The notes under the pieces: model-generated
What the model saw: only the letters and a program-made list of their open reading frames with translations
Database searches by the model: none
What the model was told of the DNA's origin: nothing
Origin: Tubiluchus corallicola
Taxonomy: Eukaryota > Animalia > Priapulida
NCBI GenBank assembly: GCA_030141605.1
Contig: JAQGDQ010000259.1
Span: 62,001 to 126,000 of the forward strand
Direction of reading: 5' to 3'
DNA: 64,000 nt
Made by a program: the position numbers and the translations under genes
In this document: positions 39,801 through 52,005 of the stretch, in pieces
Position numbering within the stretch: the first letter of the stretch is position 1
Layout: every line of letters begins with the position of its first letter

Positions 39801-40160
39801 ACGACTATAAATACCTGAATTAGACGAAAGTTTTGGAATAAATCCACCACTTTTCTTTGATATTGCAGTTCCAGCAAACCCCTGATATGCATCTTCATCA
39901 GACGAGGGCAATACATCTCTTGAGCTTGGTACCCAGGATACTGGAGATATCTGTTTCCCAAACTGAATAGTGCATAATTGACTTCTTATATCAAAATACG
40001 TTGGAAGTACAGCCACCAAAAAAGCGATTACCACGATAATTAATACAACCACTAAAGTTCGAGTTCTTATCAAAAGTAGGCCTACTTCTTCAGCCTGAAG
40101 TGAAGTATTATCAACAGTTTTGGATGGATAAAATGTTATCTGAATCTGCTTGCTGAACAT
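36850..40160 (-). CDS. FICD: Protein adenylyltransferase FICD/HYPE (BiP AMPylase/deAMPylase), about 480 aa
   Basis: Coding exons 40160-39815 (N-terminal TM segment LVVVLIIVVIAFLVAVL; donor G|GTATTT) and 37946-36850 (TPRs, inhibitory motif TNAMEGN, Fic motif HPFIDGNGRTSR). Phase-1 GT-AG intron; sum 1443 nt. Start codon inferred as the first in-frame ATG after the acceptor at 40185. Confidence 0.95.
38430..39060. repeat. Probable non-autonomous Helitron/Helentron-like or other interspersed repeat in the FICD intron
   Basis: TGACCCTTGACC motif, GC-richer hairpins (GCACCTG/CAGGTGT, CAGATG/CATCTG) and a CTTAGTT end. Only one copy in the window. Confidence 0.3.
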
Positions 40161-41294
40161 ATTTAGATTTATGCGCCAGCATTTCTGTAATAACACTAAA
40201 TGACTAAATACAGAAACGAACAATTTCTCATAGATGATTAAAAATTATACTGGCAAGTACTGTAAAGCAAAAGTGTAAACTATGACGTGTTTCTAGGAAC
40301 AAGCGTCATCTGCAAAAGCCGCGAAGTTGAGACAATTTTGAAAAACTTTCGCGTTTCAGTATTTCTGCTATACTTTACGACAAAGGTCTGCTAGTAGAAG
40401 GAAGACACGCTATTATTTACGCATTTTTACCCCCTTTTAGAAAGACACCCCCTATGCTCAAACAATGCTTCAATGGGTTCAGCTAAATTCAGTGTTGCGT
40501 CTTGACTGGGATGATCTTTGTAAGGTGATTTCGTTTATCACGGGTGTTTCTATCAACTTGGCAAACTCCATTACCAGGTGTCATGCTACGCCTAATCAAG
40601 CTGCAAAGTTGGACACTTGAAATTGAAGATGACATGTGAAGGTAACATGGCAAGCCCTTAAATGCACAAATCGATCATCGATGATTTAATACAGTCATAC
40701 AGATTTCTTTCTTGTTGATTTTAAATGAGTGCCCTCTTGTCTTATAGTGGGTTTGCTCCAAGAACTGTTAAACGATCAATATCCTTGAAGATGCTGAATG
40801 ACTGAATCATAACACCTTGACTATGTCTTCGGTATTTAAGTGTTGTGAGTGATAAATGTCGAATTGGTCTTTAAGAATCCCTGGTATTCCAGTTGCTCAC
40901 TGCTGAATTATTTAAAGTTTATGGATTATATCGCATCTGGAAGAATTCCAGGTCACATCAGTATAGTCCAGAGATGGGAGGATAGCGGATTTGCCGTCAT
41001 GCGTAGAAGTGAAAGCTGTACTAATTTTGCGGTTTTGCAGATTGCGGATAGCGAATTATGTACACGGATATGTGGACTGTGAATTTTTAGTGACAGATTT
41101 TACGCAAAATTGCAACATGCAAAGGCCACACATATATATAAGGTAAATTTTCAATTATTTGCACAAAAAGTTTATCCAAATTTAAAATTTTTGTTTTTTA
41201 AGCACTCGTTTAGCATTTCCTTGTGCATTAGAAGCTTGTTGCCACATTAAATGCCTTTCATCACTACTTTAATTTAAGATGCCCTCATCACCTC

Positions 41295-43250
41295 TCGCTT
41301 ATCCAGGTCTGGCACAACACCAATTCTCAGTGCCTCCTCACTGAAAATGATAAGATTCTCCAACGCTGGGCTGAACACTTCAACACCATTCTAAACCGAC
41401 AATCCTCAATAAATGACATGGCCATAGAAAGACTACCTCATCCCTACCAACAGATTTCTTGAAAATCCCCCATCAGAGAAAGAGGTAGAGAAAGCCATAA
41501 AGAGCCTGTCCAGTGACAAAGCGCCTGGCGCTGACTCCATCCCAGCTGAAATATATGCAAACGGAGACCCTAAACTACAGACAAAACTGACAGAGCTGTT
41601 CCAACTTATGTAGAAACAAGGAAACTACCGCAAGACTTCAAAGATGCTGCAATCATCCACCTCTATAAGTGGAAAGGAAACAGACAGCAATGCGACAATC
41701 ACAGGGGCATCTCGCTCCTATCGACTGCTAGCAAAATCCTGGCAAAAATTCTGCTAGATCGCCTCAACGCACACCTAGAGAAAGACTTCTATCTGAAAGT
41801 CAGTGTGGATTTAGACAGGAATGCAGTACAGTTGATATGATCTTTGCAGTGAGCAGCTGCAAGAAAAATGCAGAGAACAGAATGCCAACCTACTGACAAC
41901 CTTCGTTGACCTCACTAAAGCCTTCGACACCGTGTGTCGCGAAGGACTCTGGAAAATCATGGCTAAGTTTGGATGCCCTGATAAGTTTATAAAGCTGGTC
42001 AGAGAATTCTATGATGGTATGCAAGTGAGAGTTCAGGACAACGGGGAATATTCAGACCCACTGGCAGTCTCCAAAGGCGTAAAACGGGGCTGTGTGCTGG
42101 CACCGACCCTCTTCAGCATGATGTTCTCCGCAATGCTCACCGATGCATACAGAGACAAGAATGGCGATATTGACATCCGTTACAGGACAGATGGAAAACT
42201 TTTCAATCTTCGCAGACTGCAGACCAAGACCAAAATCAAAGAAGACACCATCCGTGACCTCTTATTTGCAGATGACTGTGCTCTCAATGCCACCTCAGAG
42301 CAAGACATGCAGGAAAGTGTTAACCTCTTTGCACAGCCATGCAATGATTTTGGCCTCTCTATTAACACCAAAAAGACAGAGGTCCTGCTTCAGCCTGCTC
42401 CTGACAGCACATATGTAGAACCAACCATCACTATCAAAAATGAGAAACTGATGGCAGCCAACAAGTTCGTTTACTTGGGTAGCACCCTATCAAGATCAGC
42501 TACCATCGATGATGAAGCGGCCTTCATAATATCAAGAGCCAGTGCAGCCTTTGGAAACCTAAGAACAACATGCTGGGAAAGATAAGGCATCAAGCTGTCA
42601 ACTAAACTCAAGGTCTACTATGCTGTAGTCATTCCAGCCCTGCTGTATGCCTGCGAGTCGTGGACAGACTATAGTCGCCATGCCAGACAACTAAACTCCT
42701 TCCATCTGCATTGTCTAAGACGGCTTCTCAAGATCAGCTGGCAGGACTTTATACCAGACACTGAAGTCCTCGAAAGAGCACAATCCATCAGTATCCATGC
42801 AATGCTTAAGGCAGCACAACTGAAATGGGCTGGCCATGTTCGACGTTTAGAAGATCACAGATCGCCAAAGAGACTCATGTACTGTGAGCTGGAAGAAGGG
42901 AAATGGTCAGTTGGAGGGCAACGAAAAAGATACAACGCCAGCCTGAAAGAATGCAACATCAATGTCGACTCCTGGCAAGATGTGGCACAGGAGAGATCTC
43001 ATTGGCGGTCCCTCATCAAATAGGGAGTGACGAACTATGAGCCCAGGTGCATCCAAGTTAGGCAGGAGAAAAGACAGCTTCGAAAAGACAAAGAACACAA
43101 TGCCCATCAAGATACACCATTTTCATGTCCTCATTGCAGGAGGAGGTTCTCAGCAAGAATCGGGCTAATAAACCACCTCCGTACCCACTCTACGAAGTCA
43201 GAATGAAGTCATGGTCCTCTTCAACTATGAAGGACGAACAACAAAACAAT
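41295..43250 (+). mobile_element. 5'-truncated RTE-clade LINE (reverse transcriptase pseudogene)
   Basis: ILQRWAEHF, KAPGADSIPAEIY, CDNHRGISLLS, FVDLTKAFDTVCREGLW, GVKRGCVLAPTLF, YRTDGKLFNLRRL, LLFADD, FVYLGSTLS, and C-terminal CPHC...HLRTH zinc finger. 3' UTR ends GGACGAACAACAAAACAA. Stops at about 41610, 42583 and 43021, plus frameshifts. Confidence 0.95.
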
Positions 43251-44339
43251 ATTGAAGTATTAAATTGGGCGTTAATTTTCATGCACAGGCATACAGAAAC
43301 TATAGTTTACATAAGAAAGAATGGGTCATGTGGGAAAAAATAGCTGGAATCCAAACAATATTGTAAATTGCGTGTTATAATTGTGCATAAGCAAGGAAAT
43401 ATATAATGCAGCCATCAAAATTTAGAAAGCGATTTTTGATTTTTTGAGGTAAAATTAAGCACAAAATATACCTGGATGACTACATGAGGAGATTGACAAA
43501 ATCTCCTTGCTACCAGTCTCTAACATCGTGAATAAAGTGAATTGAATTGACTCATTCCCGATAGATCGATTTCTACAGCCTGGAAAACTGTTATCATTCA
43601 CAATTTTCACATGGTTACATTTTCATGTTTATAAAAAAATAAAAGAAATCTGCCTTCAGACAGGTAAACGGATTTGCAGTAATCCAGCAAAAAAAACTAG
43701 ACACTGCTACATCAGTATTATTTTATTAGTATTATTTCTTTTATTTTAGAATTCTGCCTCCCAACGTCTACAATAGACGTGACGGGCCTGATAATAATAA
43801 TTTTTGTTTACTTTTGTAGTGAAATAAAAATGTATAAAAATTACAATTGCAGCGAATGTACTAAATTTTATATTTAAGGAAGGAAGAAAAGTGTTTGAGA
43901 ATGTCTGCTTCAGTAACAGAAACTGATTGGTGGAGGAGAGCACCCACTTAAGCAAAGACATAGCTATTTAATTCAGATGATTGCGTTGAAATACAATGTC
44001 TTGTCTTGCTTACAAACAACTATGCAAATAATTGGTGAAATATTGATATAGATGGTTCTTTTTTAAGGCACTCGCGTCACCTAAATTAGAAATATCGTTG
44101 AAAGCAAAGCTACAATAGAATGATGCATCCTTTATCTGCACACTTATGTAAAGAAAAATTGAAACATACCTCCTATGTATAAAAAAATAATTTTAAAAAA
44201 CTGTTAGCATCGCGAAACGGATTATGATTGACTGATTTGATGAAATATTTCCATTTGGGAGTTAGCAGAGAGTGATATTTTTTATCTACTACTGTGTGCC
44301 ACAGCCTAGAAAGTCTCTTCACAAAAAAGAGCCAAATTG

Positions 44340-44620
44340 TAAACTTACTGAAAACTTAAAAAGAGTTTCAGGTGAATTTTCTCAACGTGCGCCATTTTGC
44401 AGCATCTGTGTGTGCCAGTAAGTGGAGTACTCTACCAGCATTTTTTTGTAACTTTTGTTTGTCTTTCGAAACGCGGTGCAACCAGCAAAGCAGGGTTGCG
44501 GTTTATCTGATAAAATAATTAATATTGGAAGACACAATAATTTGAGGCTTCATACCATACAAAAAAGGTGACTGTACGAAGATTGTTAATTAGTTAGCTA
44601 GCTAAGCTAATCAGGTAGTC
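44340..44620. promoter_or_regulatory. Candidate bidirectional promoter for FICD (-) and TFIP11 (+)
   Basis: Minus-strand YY1-type AAAATGGCG (44398-44390) followed by minus-strand CA|GTAAGT donor at 44348. Plus-strand donor candidates at 44418, 44568 and 44615. Both genes have an acceptor just before the ATG (40185 minus, 45132 plus). Confidence 0.4.
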
Positions 44621-44664
44621 AGTCAGTTAGCTTTGACGAGTTTGCAGTATGTCAGGTTGGGTTG

Positions 44665-44770
44665 AGCGGCTTGGCATTCTTGGTGGCCTAGCACTCTTGG
44701 CGGCTTGGTATTCATGGCAGCTTGGCATTCTTGGCGGCTTGGTATTCTTTGGTGCCATGGCATTCTCGGT
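44665..44770. repeat. Short GC-rich tandem repeat (about 17-18 bp, GGCGGCTTGGCATTCTT-like, 5-6 degenerate copies)
   Basis: GCGGCTTGGCATTCTT / GGTGGCCTAGCACTCTT / GGCGGCTTGGTATTCAT / GGCAGCTTGGCATTCTT / GGCGGCTTGGTATTCTT. Confidence 0.8.
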
Positions 44771-45143
44771 GATGGAGAGGGAGGGGAGGTTTGAAGTTGG
44801 GAGGAGATAGAGCGTTGGCAGTGGGACTAATATGGGAAGGTAGTAGGGTGTGAAAACTACCTAACCTGCAAGTGCTCCCTCTTAATTTATTCCATATCAC
44901 ACCCGTGGTTATCATGAGGAACCTTACCAAGATTTGCATGTTCAGTTATTTTTAGAATAAAATTCATTTATGAATGTACTAGTTTTCATGCACATGTATT
45001 AGATTCTATACTTGATCACTTTTGGAAGCTAAAGTACTCCCTGGAATATCCAAGTAAAGTACTTGCTAGTAATGTGCTGGTTAAACGTCTATATGTGCAC
45101 ATATAGGACTTGATTTTGCAGCTTTATTGCAGGTGGTTTTCTC

Positions 45144-48100
45144 ATGATGTCGGAATCTGAGAATGAAGTAGAGTCATTTGAGATCACCGATTATGACTTA
45201 GAAAATGAATTTAATCCAAACCGTCGTTTTCGTCAGACAAAGGAACAGGCAATTTATGGTATTGCAAAGCTATTGCATTTATTTGTAAAATCTAAAAGTA
45301 TTTTTTTTAGTTTTAAAGATGATTGAGCTATTATATAGCATGACGTGAACTTGTTTCTGTCAGAATTACCTCATATAAATCATGAGTTATAACTCCATAA
45401 GCAATATGCACTATCAACAATCCAATTAAATTTCTTAGCAAAACATGAAATGCTTTCAATTTTTAATATATTTTTTCAACGGCTATGCTTTGTGGTTGCT
45501 AAGCATAAAAGCAGCTAAGCTGTTGCATATAGTCGTATGTCTTGTCTTCTTCTCTTGGTCAGACTCTCGCTGCTTAAAATTTTTGATGCAGTGATTGAGG
45601 GTTATCATTTTATGCTGCTAATAGCAATCACTTGTATTTATTTTTTGTGCTAAATTTTCCATTAATATCAGGTTTATGGGCTGAACGAGATAGCGATGAC
45701 GAAGGTCGACCCTCATTTACAAAAAAGAAAAGTGGAAAAAGAGCATACACCGCACCAGTAGATTTTGTCAGTGGAGGAGTGAAACAGTCAGATGGAAAGA
45801 TCAAAAAGGAAGAAGATAAGGATGGTGAAGGTATAATGATTTTGTCTCAAATGTGACCGAGTTAACAAACTTAATATTTCAGTTCAGTGTGGATATCACT
45901 ATTCAGTACTGTACTTTTTGCTTTACTTTTGTCTGTTGCATCAAATGATATGAAATGGAAATATTATCTAATTTTGCTATGTGGGCTAACCTGCCTAAAC
46001 AAGTTAGTCTGTATCACCTTGCAAATTTATGTCTAATTATACATTTTAAATTTTAGATAGAAAAGTTTCATCAACATAATCACATAGATTTCAGTTCTAT
46101 TCCTTGATGTACTGATGCTGTTGAGAGTATTACAATGCTCACTTTATTATGCAAATGTTAATCTATATAAATTTTATTCATTTTCATTAATTAATTAAGT
46201 AAATCTGTTTTGTTTGTCCCATAGAGTTAAATGAGGAGGATGAGGAGGTTCTTCAGCGAGTGGGGCTCGGTTTAGGTCCTCCTCTGTCAAGTGCAAAGAA
46301 AGAGAAAGTTCCTGCTCACAAGATTGCTTCGTACAAAGCATATCAGAAACGAGATGGGTAAGCTACCATTTTTTTCTTTTCTATAGCTCTATAAGTGTGG
46401 AGTGTGGAACATGCTAGTTGTATAAACACACTTAGTCAAGGCCCTCTACCGGTTATAATTAGACCCATGAGCTGCTGTAGGCCAATCTATTATGCATGTT
46501 AGAAGCTGGTAGCAAGATAAGTACAGCTAAATACTACTGCAAAATGCAAACAAAATTTGTAGAAAATTTGTCTTTTTACCTGTCCTGTTTGCAGTTTTTT
46601 CAGTTTTTTACAAGCTGAACCCTTACTGTGCATATCGCAATTTGTGATCCTTGAATTACAAGTGCAACAGTACTTACTGTTGTCATTCATGTTATTCACT
46701 GTTTCTGTACTGAATAATATATTATAATTCCAAAATGTTGTTATAACACTTGACGTAGTCGTCGACTTCCTACTTGTGCAAGTTACGACTCTTCTCCGCT
46801 TTACAACCTGTTCACAACTTCACCAAGTTAAGTGTACAAAACTAATAAAAACTCATATTTCCTTCCTTTTAAAAAAATAAATTTCGAATCTCTATCTGTT
46901 TTGATAAATTGATTCGTAGGTGCCCCTATCCTTAGTACACAAACGTACATACTTAACATCTTACGTGTGCAAGTGTGCACCATTTGAACATATGGATCCA
47001 AGTTATCTTACAAGCACCGATTTTAATCATAAATCAACAACTGCCTGTATATACATTATTATTACTGTAAATGGCACTAATTTCGGTAACTGTAAGATGA
47101 GTTCAAAACCACTTCATAATTACCATGTAAGAGCTTCCCCCTTGTATTGTCTGGTGAATTGTTCAGTGAAGTCATCTACTGAATTGATAAGTTGATCCTG
47201 TTCTGTACCAGTCTTGTCTATGGTATGGAGTTGCGGGTCACATTTAATCCATTTATCAAAAACGTCATATGCAAAATTAGAAAAAGATTATATTGATACT
47301 TTATAGTGTGTCATTCTTAAAATTACTGATATCTTAGGGAGTTCGGAACCTGGGAGAAACATACAAGAGGAATAGGGCAGAAGCTGCTGCTTCAAATGGG
47401 TTATCAACCCGGCAAAGGTTTGGGCAAAAACAAACAAGGTATATCAACACCCGTGGAGGCAGTGAAGCGGAAAGGGAAAGGAGCACTAGGTGAGGTCTTT
47501 TTTCTTTACTTAAATAAATGAACCATTACATAATATAATAAGCATGTACAGTAAGTCCTCGCTTAAGGACGCTAATGCGTTCCAGGAAAATGCGACATTG
47601 AGCGAAACGTCGTTAAACGAAACCAAGACTACCATAGAAAGTAATGTAAAAGAACTGAGATACATTCCAGGAGCAAAAATCACTGCTACATCAAACATTT
47701 TATGAGTTTTATTCGTATTGTTACTGGTTAATTTCTTTCTGTTTGCTTGAAACTACCTATCTCTCTTACCAATATCTAGCTAGACTAGCTAGCAGTCTCT
47801 TGAAGCCTGTATATAGACAGATAGCAGTTAAACACTGTCTAGTGAAAGCCAAGCCCTGCATGAAGCAACCTTGAGACAATTTCAGGTAATAGTAATCTGG
47901 TTGTTATAGCAACAAGTTGCAGACAAAATTCCTTGGCATAAAATTTAAACTTGAGTGCCTGGAGGCGTATAAATTGGCAAATAGATATCACTTGATACAA
48001 ACGGGCTGGAATTTAGTACGTAGTCAGTCAGGAAGCAAAAGCATTATAATAATTGCACTATTTAGGTTACTAATGTGCTTTTAGAACAAAACAACGCAAT

Positions 48101-51100
48101 TTGTGCCACTTTAATACTTCAAATTAGGTTAAAAAGTTGATAAAATAAAAGATGGCTGTGAAGAAAGTAAAAAATCGTCGTTAAAATGAAACATGCATCG
48201 TCAAGTGAGAAAAAAGTGTCAAATGTTCAGCGTTGTTAAAACAAAATGTCACAAAATGGGAAGTCGTTAAGCAAGCACCTACTGTATTTTGTTTCTAATG
48301 TACACTTATTATACAGGTGTTTATCATGGGAAATAAATCGTGATTTCTAAAAAAAGAAATGAACAAAACATATACTTTTCCATGAAAAAAAATACAGCAA
48401 AAAGTGAAAATTTTGTAAACATTTTTTTACACACTTTGCCTGAGTATATCTGTTACAGACAAGACACGTTATTTGTCAGATGGGCTGTCAACACACTAGA
48501 AGATTAGATGGACAAATTACAACTTTTCAAAATTTATGTCATAGCTACTAATTGAATGTTGTATTCAAAACATCAACAGTGAATGTCTGAGGTTGTTTCA
48601 TTCAATATTTCTTTTCTATGCTTTATTCAGTTTTTGTCCTATTACTGCTGCGTTGGCATTTGGCAGTTTTGCCAAAATTTTAATCTGGATTATGATTCCG
48701 TCACATATTTAAACTTTCTAATTATGGTCACCCACGCATACTACACTACATTATACATTTTCTATTAAATTGGTGTTTTGCACCTAAAATCACAAATTAC
48801 ATTGTATGTATGTTAGGACTATATCTAAAATTACATCTTACACTAAATAATTTGCAATTATTTTTAAAATCATTGATTGTTGCATTCATAATTTTGACAG
48901 CTGCCAATTTATACTTTTTTAAAGTAGAACTTAGTTAAGTAATTATTGTTTGAAAGTTAACAATTGCTTGAAGTTAAGCTTCAGTATGACTTTTTATTTT
49001 GTTCCTATTATTTTTCTGAATTACATTTTAATATTTTAATATCTTAAATTTATTAAACATTGAGTTAAGTGTTTAGATAATGATATTTGTATATCTAGGT
49101 GCTTATGGTTCGGAAAGAACAAAGACGTCGCTGAAGCATTACCCGGTACGTGACAGTGAAGAAGAAGAGGATCGGCAATTTCGTGACCAGTTACAACAAT
49201 GGAAGAAAACACCCGGGGTATATAACTGCTGTGTGTATAATCTTACAACCAGGGATGTTATCGAAACCGAAACCGAAATTATGAAACATAGGAAACCAAT
49301 ACCAAAACGAAACAGAACCAAAATCGTTTTTGTAAAACCAGCTATTATCAAAACTGGAAAAATCTGCAATAAACAAAATACTTTGTTTTTGCTTGTTTTC
49401 TTTTATGTGCTCTGATGCAAACTTGATTGAAGTAGTTAGGCAAAAAATCATAACCAAAAAAGTGGAACAAGTAATGTTTGTGGTTAAAGATCATGAAGCT
49501 TCAAAAACTGACAAATTTTATGTTGTAAATATTTTGTTGGCGATATTTCATGAAATAGAAAACTAAACTTGGTTTTATTCAAAGCTTTGATATTTCGGTT
49601 GATTGTACCTGGAAACCTTAAGGCTTCACAATCGTCACAAAATTACCGTAAGTTTCGTCTACAAAACTTAAACTTGTCAAAACGAAACTCAACCGAAAGT
49701 CCAATTATCGGCAAAACAAACCAAATTTTCATTTCGGTAACATCCCTGCTTACAACAGGCTCTTACAACTAAACTAATTATTTTTTATGCCACGAGCATT
49801 CTAGTAAAGCGGTATTTAACATTCAGCACGGGACCTGTTTATCATAAATTATTCTGGCAGGACCAGCAACTGGTTCACTGTCAAGGTTAATCCTCTAAAA
49901 TGAAGGACTCAACTGATAAATTTATGTTAGTCATGGTTGGACACGTCACCATCCTTTGTTATCGAAATATTTGAAAACAGTCTAGCAGAAAAACAGTTAA
50001 AACTGTTCTCTTAGCAATCATTTGCCCATTTACTGGCAAAATTAGGCATTGCGTAACTGCAGTTTCAACCACACATTGTCACCATTTGTTCCCCTTTGTT
50101 GCAATTGTGCAAAAAAAATTGTACATATTACTTGTAACGTGTATCTGAGAAGTACAATTGTATCTGTTTAATAAAATTAAGAAAGTAACGTAGTTTAACA
50201 CCACAGAATTATTTGCTAAGTTACTGTAATTCCTGTTATGAGGCTAACAATTAAGCTCTTGGTTTGTTACTTGAGTTGTTTTTGCTGTGATCAGTATTGA
50301 GTTGTAAAATCAGCAGAAATTGCCTACAGGTTGTTAATAAGAATACATTTAACATACACATATTTCTAAAAAAATTCTGTTATTGCAATATTTCAGGAAG
50401 TTGCAAAAAAACCTAAATATCGGTATAAAACTGTGGAAGAGTTGAAAGCTGGATCAGACAAGGTTGCTGCCACGTGGTCGAAGAAGAAAGACGCTGGGAA
50501 AGTAAAAGTCATTGACATGACTGGCCGAGAACAGAGAGTTCTAAGTGGTATGTCCACATTTAGATGTTTTCTTTCCCGAAACTGTCTTATTTAATACACG
50601 ATTTTAAGGTTTGCTTTTTGTTTTCTTTGATTTTGTGATTTATTTTAAAGAGAATGACTTTGATCTTTTTTTAGGCTATGATGCAATTAGTCAACGACAT
50701 GACAAACCTGAATCAGACGATGACAATCTAGAGGAAGATGGTGTAGTTATGTTTGATTTACCTGAACTGCGGCACAACCTAGACATCATTGTAGACATGT
50801 CCGAGCAGGCTATAATTCAGGTGTGTGGAAATTTTTGCCTGCTTCTTTTGCTGTTGACCGACCATGTCTTGTGAGCTCACTCTTTGTTGATGAGCATTTA
50901 ACCTGCTGCTTTTTTAATTTCTTTACTCCCTGTGCACTGGGCTGTAACCATATGTCTAGGTCACAATACTAACCTCCCTTATCATGGTACCCCTGAGATC
51001 AGGTTTGCAGGTTTTATAAAAAAAACTAGATAAAGCTGTTCATAATAGATGCTAAACATATTTATCAATCAACAGTTTTGAAATTGATAAATGCTAAAAT

Positions 51101-51946
51101 AAGTCGATTAACTATTTGATTTTTATTTATTATTTGTGTAATATCTAAGTTACTGTAAGCTTTGTAGGCCACCAGAAAAGTAAAACATATCAATACTTTA
51201 GGCTTGAAAGTTGCTTGTCTTTGTTTCTGGTTCACTTTGCCATTTCACAAGTTTATATGCAAATAACATAATTAGCCTACTACAGATTAAACACCTTATG
51301 ATTTACCGCTCTGGCTTTTAGCTGTGCCTGTGTCAAGTCAACTACTTTTCAATGCACTGATTGGTGTGTATCTACAGTACATTGTATAGCTACAGCTTGA
51401 ATTACTTCACATCATGTTTATCAACATATGGTCAGGCACATGCTAATTTGTTAAATATCATTGACTCAAATTATCATGATACTGGTGACTTTGGCGATAC
51501 GCATATCGTAATAAAAGATATAAAAATGGATCTATACACTGATGTATCTTTACCTAGTACTCGATATATCTTTTTTGTGCAGTGTTTTCCTAAAGTGCTA
51601 GTGTTGTATCTGGAGTCAGTTATACTTTTATTTTCATGCTGTGGTTTTATAATAAAAAGTCGTTATCCCTTATAAATAGGCTCCACACTCTGACAATACG
51701 CATATCGTAATAAAAGATATCCCGATGCATTATAGTATTGTTACAGGCCTATTGTGCACTGGATATGTCTAGCAGCTAGCAGTACATTGTATTCCCATAG
51801 ATGCTGGATAACTCCAACACTTGCATGCAGTGCTTGGGATTATGTTAAAGCTAGCTGTTAGCTAAAAACAGCAGTTTGTATGATTAATCTGTTAGTAACT
51901 GTCCTATCTTCTTAGTTAGTGCATAGTAGCAAATGAAGCCATCATC

Positions 51947-52005
<59 letters not shown>

